A stretch of 62,736 nt of DNA, the filler included, from Vannella sp. (lineage: Eukaryota), in assembly GCA_023345925.1 (NCBI GenBank). It is 5 parts of 5 records of this genome, joined end to end, with 100 filler letters (N's around TTAATTAATTAA, not from the genome) between each part and the next. Parts side by side here need not be neighbours in the genome. Positions count along the whole stretch, not along the records: positions 1 to 7,352 come from JAJQQN010000062.1; positions 7,453 to 21,886 come from JAJQQN010000945.1; 3 more parts are not named here. One strand, 5' to 3'. Made by a program: the position numbers and the translations under genes. The stretch's first letter is position 1. Every line of letters begins with the position of its first letter. Below are positions 1 through 10,400 of the stretch, piece after piece. The notes under the pieces are model-generated. The model was given only the letters and a program-made list of their open reading frames with translations, did no database searches and was not told the origin of the DNA.

Positions 1-1036
1 CTTGCTGACGGTCAGGAGCCTCAGAATACATTCCTCTCCGGATCAGAAGGTGCGCGTTGGGGGTGGAAGCGTCGCTTTCGATACTACGTGACCAAAGGCA
101 ACGTGGCCAACTTTATATCCTTCGTGGTAATGATCGTCGGTCTGGTGCTGGTCGCTATCTTCCCCCGACGTAGGTGAACTGCCCACGAGAGGACTGAGGG
201 GAGGGATAACTCTGACTTGGTGGGTCTTGTGCATCAGTATTACCTGTTCAATTCATCCTTTCCTTTGGCTTGTTCGCCTTCGCAGGAGGAATCACGAATT
301 GGCTTGCGATTAAGATGCTTTTTGAGAGGATTCCCCTTTTGTATGGATCTGGCATCATCGAGAACCAGTTTGTGGAGATCCGGGGAGCCATTAAGGACCT
401 GGTGATGGAAACCTTCTTCAATACGGAGTATTTGGATACCTATCTGGGACAGAAGGCTGGGCAGCTTTTGAGTTCCTTCGATGTGGGCAAGTCAATTAGA
501 TTGTGTTCAGAGGAATTCACTCATCATGTGCAGAGGGGCGACTGAAAAGTCTTTTGGAGTCTTCTGTAATGGATGAGATCGTAGATATGAAGTTGGAAGA
601 GTTAAAACAACGGCCAGAAGGAATGTGGCTATCAATGATGGGTGTTGAAGGTCATTCTCTCAAGCCCATGATCAAACCATTCATCCTTGGGATGAGCTCT
701 GACATTGCACCATTAGTAAGTGACCCTACGAGCATGAAAATCAGGGTGCGTTGGCTCACTTCCAAAGTCAAGATTCTGAAGAATTACAAAGTTGGTGGGG
801 CTGGCACTCAACTCTTGGACACCAAACTCATCCAAACTGAGATTGAATCTCTTTTGGCCACCAAAATGGAACAGCTGAAGCCACAGCAAGTCAAGGACCT
901 GCTCGAAAGTGTGATGCGGAGACACTTGGGCTGGTTAGTCGTTTGGGGAAACATCTTTGGCGGTCTCATTGGATTGGTTACGAAGGCCATCGATGTCGAG
1001 TTGGAGGTGTTTTCATCTTCAGAATTCCGTTTCTAG
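1..1036 (+). CDS. DUF445-like membrane protein (5' partial, 3 introns)
   Basis: Motifs GGITNWLAIKMLF..IPLLYGSG and HLGWLVVWGNIFGGLIG. Introns at about 170-237 (GT-AG), 487-533 (GC-AG) and 716-772. Confidence 0.75.
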
Positions 1037-1196
1037 CAAACCTGCAATGGCTGGAAGGAAGTGTTTGCCTGGATTTGTAGAAAACTCATTAATTGTACAT
1101 TAATCACTTGTGCTTTCTCTTCTCAGGTCGGGTGGGATGACAAGGCAAGTTATATTACATTAAGCAGTGTACAATGGGCTGGAATGGAGCTGAGTA

Positions 1197-3041
1197 TTAG
1201 AGGGAGGAAGTTTGAAGGAGCTTCTTCTCTAAAAGTTCCACCTTTGCTTGCATCTCTTTGATTTCCGAAGTGATTTGCTTGAATGTCATCGCTGCGTACT
1301 TCTCAGCCTCATTGGTAAAGATTTTCTCGATATTCAGTTGCTCCGTAAGCTGGTCCTTCTCTTTGGCGAGCATTGCGAAGAATTCAGCTTCTTTCGAATC
1401 AGAAATGGAAGACCTTTGGCAAAGTGAGTTCGGGTTGCGCTTCCCAGAAGAGCATCTGGAAGTGACTTACTCTGATTCATCAGACATTTCATCACCAAAG
1501 GTGGATTCTTCATCCTCAGCCTCTCGGAGAGAGTCAACGCTCTTGGTAGAGGTCGTTCCTGTCTCCAATTCAAACTCTGATTCCCGTTCCACCTCGGCTT
1601 CTTTAACGGTCTGTCGAAGTTGCCTATTCTCAAGAAGCTTCCTTTCCTTCTCCGCGTCCATAGCTACTTTGGCTTGAGCGTACTCTAAAAGGAGGTTCTT
1701 CATCGCTACAGCGTGATCCTGAGACTGCAAGAAGGGGTGAAGAAGGATCTCCGAGGCAGAAGGCCGCAGGTTTGCATCCTTCTGCAGACAGCTGGATATG
1801 AAGGAGTTGAGATCTGCAGAGGCTTCTGTAGCGCGAGAAAGGGTGGGAGGGCCTCCAGTGGAGATGAGAAGGAGCACCTGAGGTTTGATCAGTCTCCAGA
1901 GGTTCTTCTATCGAGGAGAAGCTTACAGTGAAGAGGTGCTCGCCTTCATAAGGTGCCTGTCCATCAAACATCTCAATGGCGGTTATCCCTAAGGCCCAAA
2001 TGTCCGTCTTAGTTGTGCAGGACGAGCCATTCTCCAACGCCTCGGGAGACATGAAGACAGGAGTTCCCACAATCGAGTTGTGATGTGAAAGCGTACTGGA
2101 CACTTGATGCGACAGGCCAAAGTCCGCTGGAAGAGGGTGAGCGAGGGGGGGAAGGTGCAAGTTTGGATCTCATCTTACCTATCTTAACCGCTCCATCATT
2201 AGCAACAAGGATGTTAGCGCTCTTAAGGTCTCTGTGAATGATTGGGCCGTTCTCAACGCCTGCATGGAGGTACACAAGGCCCTGTAACACAAAGAAGAGG
2301 ACAGACGCAATCTCAGCTTCCACAAATGGCCGTTTGAGGCACTTCATGATGTCCTTCACTGATCCCAACCCACAGTAGTCCATAATAATCTACCCAGGGG
2401 GTCAGATCCGCATACCTCTTCGGAGCTACTCGTACCCAGAGCGAGTCGTCGTGGTGGACAGAGCCGTAAAGAGTCACAATGTTGTCGTGTCGACATACTC
2501 TGAGTATCTCGATCTCTTTGAGGATCTCGTGAGACGCCTGGGAGCCCTTGGCGATGTGGATGGTCTTGACGGCGAACTCTTGTTGGGTTTCGACATGCTG
2601 GGCTTGGTAAACCATCCCGTGCGCTCTGAGAGTCGTAGTGAGGTGCTATCCTTGGATGGGCCATGGGTTTCTTACCCTTCTCCCACTGTTTGAAGAAGTT
2701 TGAGGGAAGCAGGGTCGGACCATTCCAGGTTCTCGTCGATGATCACTCGGCGCTCCACATCAAAGGGGGCTGAACCACTGGAAGGTTAGTACATGAGGCA
2801 AGAGCGGTAACCCTTTGTTCTTGCCTGTGATAGTCATCTTCTTCTCATCACGCCGTTCCTTGCGCTCCTCTTTCAGGAGCCGCTTCTGGTCACGGCCCTC
2901 TTCCTTCCGCTGCCGCTTGTTTGAAGAGCGAAGTTTCTTCCCAGTATCATCTCCGCTTGTGTACTCGTAGTCAGAGCCTGGGTCCGTCAGCGAACCGTCT
3001 GGCGGCTGTTTCGTTCCCGACTTGCTCTTCCAAACGTGCAT
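1197..3041 (-). CDS. STE20-family Ser/Thr kinase with degenerate CRIB-like motif and C-terminal coiled coil
   Basis: GEGAHG, FAVK, MDYCGLGS, HRDLKSANIL, ADFG, GTPVFMSPE and DIWALGIT lie across short introns. Stop TAA at 1197-1199. Start codon approximate. Confidence 0.88.
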
Positions 3042-3283
3042 TGCGCACTGGGCAGGAGAAAAGTGCCATGAATCGAGATGACATAAATGAGTAGAAATCA
3101 TCTCGATCGGAGCGCTCCTTTGGTGAACCTTTCAGTAATCGCCTGATCTTTCCTTTTCGGCTCTTTTCAATTGTCTAGATCTCGATCTCAAAAATTCTCG
3201 GAAATGTACGATCATCCAGATCTCGCGGTTTCTTGGTTTCGGTATTTTCTCGAAGTCTTTCGGTTTCGGTTGCGTGATCCAGC

Positions 3284-5502
3284 ATGACAACGGAGGCAGG
3301 AAAGGCCTACAAAGAGTCGCTGCTTGGCCATTTGGTCGCAGAGGACTGGAAGAACGCCCTTGCGCCTGAGTTTGTGAAGACCTACTTTCTCCAACTGTGC
3401 GACAGCATTGCAGCAGACTCTGCTTTGCACAAAGTGTTCCCTCCAGTGGAGAATGTGTTCGAAGCGTTCAACTTGACCCCTCTGGAGTCTGTGAAGGCGG
3501 TTATCCTCGGTCAAGGTGTGCATCTCCTAACAGATTATCACGGACTGACCCATCCTCCCTAGACCCCTACCACGATGACGATCAAGCTCATGGTCTCTGC
3601 TTTTCGGTTCGATTGGGCCACAAGGTTCCCCCTTCCCTGCGAAACATGTACACCGAGTTGGAAACGGACCTGAAGGAGGAGGGCTGGACCCGTCCATCGC
3701 ACGGATACTTGGTCTCCTGGGCCAAACAAGGAGTTTTGATGTTCAACGCCTCCATGACAGTCCAAGCTCACCAAGCGAACTCCCACAAGGCGTTTGGTTG
3801 GCTCACCTTCACCGACGCTGTTTTTGACTTTTTGGACAAAAACAAGAAAGGCATTGTATTTGCTCTTTGGGGTGGATTTGCCCACAAGAAGGGGGCGGTG
3901 AGAACCCACTTTGGGTGATTCGATTGATTTTCTCATTCTGTGGACAGAAAATCAACTTGAGCGACCATGCGGTTATATGCTCGGCTCACCCCTCGCCGCT
4001 GTCCGTGGCAAAATGGAAGGGTTCTCGACCGTTTAGCGCAGTCAACCGCAAGTTGGTTGAGTTTGGGAAGGAGCCAATTGATTGGAGTCTGCCAGAATAC
4101 GAGTCTGTCCCCGTTTTGGGCTCTTCAACAGATGGGATGGCTAATAATAATGAGGGCGAGCTCGGCCAACTCCGAATTACGGAACTTAGGGCCATGTGCC
4201 GCAACCAGGGAGTTTCTCCGTCCGGTAAGAAGTCGGAACTGGTCACTCGGTTGAGTGGACTGGCTGGAAACTCAAGCGTTGATCCTCCAATTGTGACCGC
4301 TCTTGGCAAAAGAAGTCAGAGACCTTCTCGATCTCCCGTCAAGGAGAAGATGCAAAAAACAGAGCCCGAACCGTCACCTCCTTTGGAACCTGAAGTTATC
4401 GAACCAGTAGTGCAACAGGAAAGAGAATCCCCTGTTGCTGAGTTGATGGAAGTCGAGGCACCAGTGCCTCCAGTGACGCCTCCAACACAAATTGAAATGA
4501 AGCCCGAATCTCCTGAAAAGGAAGAACAAGAGGAGGAAAAAGAAGAACCAATCGATGAGAGCTTCTCCAGTCCCGCCAAGTCCAAGTAGGTGAAACACTT
4601 CCAAGGCTGTCTCTTCTGACAAGTCTGGGAAGCTCTCAGATCAAGATAGTCTCTTGGAATGTGGCTGGGTGGCAAGCTGTTCTCAAGAAAGGGTTCCAGT
4701 CGTACGCCAAGAATGAGGATGCGGACGTTTTCTGCCTCCAAGAGACAAAGATCAACCCAGCCGCCGTCGCAGCTGATATCCTTCCAGGTTATCAAAAGTT
4801 CTTCAGCATTGGCCAGCAAAAGGGATACTCAGGCACTGGTATTTTCAGCAAAATCACTCCCTTGAGCACCACCCTCGGCATGGGAATTAGCAAGCACGAT
4901 GATGAGGGAAGAGTCATAACTGTGGAGTACGAAACCTTCTATCTTGTCACCTCCTACATTCCCAACTCTGGCCGAAAGCTTGTTCGCCTCGATTACCGGA
5001 TGGAATGGGATCGCGATTTCTTCTCTTACTTGAAAGGATTGGACGCAAAGAAGCCCGTCATCTGGTGCGGCGACCTCAACGTGGCCCATTTGGAGATTGA
5101 CCTCTCAAATCCCAAAACCAACGTACGAATCGCACCTTCTTTATCCATCTAGCGGACTAACAAAAAGGGGCTCAGAAAAGGAACGCAGGATTCACTTCTG
5201 AAGAGAGAGACAGTTTTGGTAACTTCCTCAAGGAAGGCTTCGTAGACATCTACCGCAAGGAGCACCCAGACGAAACTAACTGCTACACCTATTGGACGTA
5301 CATGAGCAATTGCAGGGCCAAGAACATTGGTTGGCGCCTGGATTACTTTATTGTTTCTGAGCGTTTCGCTCCTCAAGTGAGCCACTACTTCCGACGCGAG
5401 AACGTTCTTGGTTCAGAGTGAGTTCCCGTCCAAACCAGTTTTATTTCCTTCTCACCCATCAATCATAGCCACTGCCCCATCGGTATCCTAGTATCAGTGT
5501 GA
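3284..5502 (+). CDS. Fusion of uracil-DNA glycosylase (UNG), SAP domain and ExoIII/APE1-type AP endonuclease
   Basis: GT-AG introns 3516-3562, 3898-3947, 4586-4632, 5123-5175 and 5418-5468 give a 657-codon frame. UNG motifs: [51 protein letters not shown] motifs: SWNV, LQETK, YIPN, GDLNVAH, WRLDY, SDHCP. Confidence 0.88.
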
Positions 5503-6559
5503 TGATCGACCCCATTCTTTTCGTAATACACTTCTCTGCATATTGAGGTTTGGTTGTGAGAAAATCCACGCGTGAAGGGGAAGAGGGGGGAAGAACTCGC
5601 ATTTGCGTAGCTTGCCCTGATGACCTCCATCTCTTCAGAAAACTCGAGTCTTAAACCACTCTCTGAGAGATGACAGCGGCAAGGTACTTCCAAAGGCACT
5701 CCCAAACCTCACAATGATTGTGTCTTCGAAGCAGAACCAGCCTTTTGCAGAGAGGGTCCTCATATCCAGCCATCTTGCGACTTACCAGCTGATATTCATT
5801 CAAGACAAGTTCTCTCAGCGTGATGCCACCACTGTTACTTCACAGAAAGACGTTGTGGATGCACTATCGCTTCTAATTAAGGAGCGTGGGATTCTGTTTG
5901 GGATTAAGCACGCGACAGTGACACCAGCCAACCAAATTGCCGCACTGAGAGTGGAGGAAAAGAACGGTACTCTGTTGTTTGTTGCCCTCCGCAAGATTCA
6001 ACCTGAAGATGCAGACCAGTGGACAGTATTTCACTTCAGGTCATGAAAGCAGTTCACCAAAAACTTGTTCACCTTCTTTCGACCTGCTTCCTCTTTTGGA
6101 TCGTCAAACAAGCCTCTTCACCAATGAGTAGTCGTCGAGCAGAAAGAACTGGAGTCTGCAAAGACTTCCCAGCTTTTTCGGGGGATCACATCCCACAGTT
6201 TCTCTCGAAAAGAAAACCTTTCAAACACGCAGATTTACTTTCAGAGTAAGTACCAAAGCACACTCCACAAGCCTCACAACGGAAGAGCCCTCGGAGGATG
6301 TTTCCCGTGTTTATTTCGGCTTAGTAGACTTTCTGACGAAGAGATCATCTTTTAATACAAATATTGCACCATTCAAACGACAAACAGATGCATTATTCAA
6401 GAGGATCCGCTTGAAAGAGGTCGAACCAAAGGAGATCTTGTGGAATAGGTTATCTACAACGGAAGTATCACCATGGCTTGATTCAGCGCTTTTCACTCAG
6501 TGGCTTCGAGCAAACTGTTGCGTCAAGATTTGCTCTGCTCATATCTTTGAGAAAAAGGG

Positions 6560-7352
6560 GCGGATGGGTACTATCTTCTGGAAACCTACAAATCCGATCG
6601 GATCCATTCTATCCATTTGTATCTGTTCGAGGCAGCGAGCTTTACCTGTCGACAGTATCCTTATCAGACCTCTTTAGACTCTCAGGGGGCTCCCATTCTC
6701 GACTTTGACACCATTCTCTCTTCTATCACACGTGAGAGGCACTTTTGAGAGTCACTTCTCACTGAATTGAAGCTCAAAGGGGAGACACTCTTTTGTTGCA
6801 AGGTAATTGTCATAATTCAACTGGACTGCCAGTCTCTGAAGCTCAGTGGAAAGTGCTTTTTGAATTTTGTCGTGAGAAAGAGTCTTTATGGTGATTGACA
6901 TGGCCTTTGTGGGAATGGAGAAAGGAGTTCATGAAGACTTTGCTCCGTTTAGAGGTCTGAGTAAGCTCCAGGGAAGAGTGCCATGGTTCTTTGCGGTGTC
7001 CTATTCAAAGTACTTTGCTCTTTACAACGAAAGGATTGGCTCCTTGAGTGTTATCGCATCGGATGAGAACGCAGCTTCTATCTTGGAACACATGACTTTC
7101 TGAGCTCGCTCTTGCTACTCCAGCCCACCTTCCAGAGGTGGAAAAATTGTTGTTAAGTTACTGTTGGACTCTGAACTGTCCTTGCAATGGCTCCGAGAGA
7201 TCCAATTCATTGCTGAAGACATCAAAAATCGTCGAAAGTTACTTGTTGATACCATGGCCATCCACCAGGGGCTAAGCAAGAAGCAGATTGAAGAGTTGAC
7301 TAACCGAAGCTCAATATTCCTAGATTCACAACTGAGAGGCGACCAAGTTGTC
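6560..7352 (+). pseudogene. Disrupted aspartate aminotransferase-like (fold I PLP) sequence
   Basis: LLQGNCHNSTG...QW, IDMAF, SYSKYFALYNERIG (PLP-lysine motif) and YSSPPSRG. In-frame TGA at 7101-7103 and several frameshifts. Runs into the gap. Confidence 0.7.
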
Positions 7353-7452
7353 NNNNNNNNNNNNNNNNNNNNNNNNNNNNNNNNNNNNNNNNNNNNTTAA
7401 TTAATTAANNNNNNNNNNNNNNNNNNNNNNNNNNNNNNNNNNNNNNNNNNNN
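7353..7452. other. Assembly gap / artificial linker
   Basis: N run, TTAATTAATTAA (stops in all six frames), N run. Confidence 0.98.
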
Positions 7453-10400
7453 GCTTTTCGCTTTGCTCCTCATGTGATAGAACGCTTGTGGAAGAGATTC
7501 CAGAGGAAGCTCCATCCCATCCTTGCCTGGACTTGTCGCAGATGCACTGTGTTACCCGCCAGACTTCCTTTGTTGGTGACATTCTGCCCTTTTACTCTTC
7601 TATCCGGGCTCGCCAACAATTTAGGGCTGCCAATGGGTATGTGGCTTGCTCAACTCAAGAAGGGCGATTTGTGATCACTTTAAGATATGAGGAGCCGGGA
7701 ATGTGCCTTGCAGGTGTTAGAGTGCTGGTGGGTCACTCTTCTTTGCAACATATACCCACGCGGTTGGAACTGGGAGATCAGGAGCACGAATGTGATCCCG
7801 GTCAGCGTCGGTGGTATGAGTTCGTTCTCTCTCCAGAGGAGCGGCTGTTCATTGAATCTCAGAGCGATCTTCAGATACACACGCAGAGTGATATGATTGT
7901 CATAGACTCGATTGAAGTCTATGCTGTCCGACTTGATTCAATCTTGCTGGCACCTTCTCCTCCTGTCGTTCTTCAGACCAAGGATCAAGCACTGGAAATG
8001 ACTTTATCTGCACTTCAGAGCCTACTTGAATGTGTCTCGAATCCCCCCAGTGAAGAGCGGCGGGAAAAGTTGAAAGAGCTTGTGACCGCACAGCTTTATC
8101 AATCCACACCACTTCAGTTGAGTTGGAGAAAGTTACTTCGCCATTTGTGCACTTCCGAGGTCTATGAGAGTCACGTGATTGATTCTCTCCTTGCTGGTTG
8201 CGTTTCGGTTCAGGACAGCGGAGAAGGCAACTCTTCAATGAAACGGTTGAACGAATTGATGACTTTAGTCATCAGGACCTATCAACAAGACTCTGCTGTG
8301 GTAGAAAGATGTTTTACCTCCCGCAAACGTGTTTCAGAGCAGATTGTTGAGAACCTGCTAGGCAAATGGCCATCCATTTCAAATAGCTTCTCTGTGCAGG
8401 GATCTTTGGTCCGAGGAGCTGTGAACTTCTTATTGATTCAATTGAAAGCCTCTCTCCACGAGGAGCCATCAGACCGGGACTCTCTTTCAACAGCATTCGT
8501 TGCCCTTCTGTTTGCAGAAGACCTTCATATAGCTCGCGTAGCCTGTAGAGAGTTGAGCCTGCTGCTTGAAGACTTGCTCTTACCTTCAGAACCTACCAAT
8601 CTTTTGATTATCCCTGCTGATGCGGATATTGAAATGGAAGACCCTGACTCTGATGAAGAGATGCGCCAAGTCCTCGCACTGAGCATGCAAACTGCTGGGG
8701 TTAGTGAGACAGCAACCCCAAGAGAGAAGGGTGCCTCCATGGGACTCTATTTGTGGGAGCTCCTCTTCAAGCAGTTCCAGAATCAGAGTCAAACGCCCCT
8801 TCCTGGAGTTACTCGAGTGCTGTTCACTCTCCTTCTTGTGTGTCCCAACGAGCAATCTAGTGACATGCTCGCCCAACTCGTTACTCTGCTTCAGTGCGAA
8901 GACATCTCTATATCCTTGTTGCAACAAATCCTGCTACTTCTGCATGCTTCCATTCAAGAGCTCCCAACTGACCGCTTTGAAGTAGCGACGAAGACTTTGC
9001 GCACATCTTTACTGTTTGGAAGGCTCTGTAAAGTATTAGAAGCCCACGTAAATAGCATTGAGCCCTTGAAGACCCATTCTCCCGTATCCAAGATTTCAGA
9101 GTCTCGTTTGACTCAACCACGAGCCCCCCCAGGAGTGAGCTCGTTTGATGAATGGAGTCCCTTCCTGTCTCAATCGCAGATTGTTGACTTTGTTCACGAG
9201 GGTGCGACAATCACACACCCGGCCCGTGTTCTGGTGGAAACCACCTTAGAGCTTATGAATTCATTGAAACCAAGCCAAGAAGCCGAGAGTGAGTGGGTCA
9301 AGTGTTCAAGCAGCGGTGATTGGGAGAGTCTTTTGTGTAAGATTATGCGCGAACAGACTGGATCACTCCAAGAGCAGGCCCGTAGTTTGTTGTGCTCCTT
9401 CTTAGGAGACTCTGAAAGCAAGCAATTCTACAGCCACTTTAAGCTCGAATCGCTTTGTGTGGAGTGTGAGACGATTGGAGAGAAAGGATGGTCTGGATTA
9501 TCTTATCAGAACGAAGTGAAACTCACGCAGCTCTTTAAAGGACTTGCCAAGCGCGCAAAAAGCCACCCAACAGCCTGGTGTTCGTTCCACAAGAAGAGGC
9601 CGACTCTCATCCCATTCATTTACTCTGCTTGTTTCCATCTGCCTGATGACTCTGTCTCTTTAGGACTCCAACTTCTGGCAGCTGGCTTTGAGAGAGCACC
9701 TTCTCAGACAGAGACTTCTCTCGTAGGTCACCTGCTATCTCAGCTGCCAGAAGGGCAGAGCCTTGCCTCCTTCATCGCTCGATTCGTCTTGGGACACTCT
9801 TTACAATCCATTCGTCTGGAAGCGAGCCGCTTCATTAGCGGCCTTTTAAAATGTGCCACTTCTGACGAAAGGGAGATTCTTAGAGACATTCTGCTTCTTG
9901 CTTCCAGCACACTGGCTCGACATGGCCGCCGCTGTGCTGAGTTCCTCGGTATCCTAAGTAGTCTGTTGGTGAAGCACGATGGAGAGCAAACGAACCTTCT
10001 TCATGGTATTTTGAAAGTCATCCAAGAGCAAAGCGACGCGCTCCTATCTCATCCCCGATATGCTTTGTATTTTGGACTTCTCCAAACTACAAACAAGCTG
10101 AACGGCTTCTACTTTGAAGCACCCTGCTCAGTCTGTCATCAGCAGGCCACAACAGTATCACCACAGGACATAGCTCTGCCTTCGATTAGTCAGGATATCC
10201 GCTACACAGAGTCATCCATTGTGGCTGAACTGAATGGTAGGTGGGCAATCCACTGCATTTCTCTCCACTATTCTCCCAGTGACAGGGCGAGGACACCCCG
10301 ACTCCTCCAAGTTTTCTACTCGAGCAAGCCTTCGCCTCCCCTGACAGCCCTTTTAAGTGACGCCAAGACGGATAGCAAGTCCATGTGGACTGCTGCACCG

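Noticed and set aside
7101..7103. Stop-codon reassignment or selenocysteine at TGA
   Set aside because: The same region also has frameshifts, and TGA, TAG and TAA all end conserved genes normally.
7397..7408. TTAATTAATTAA palindrome, found four times
   Set aside because: Always flanked by N runs, so it is an artificial six-frame-stop linker. Adjacency across it is unproven.
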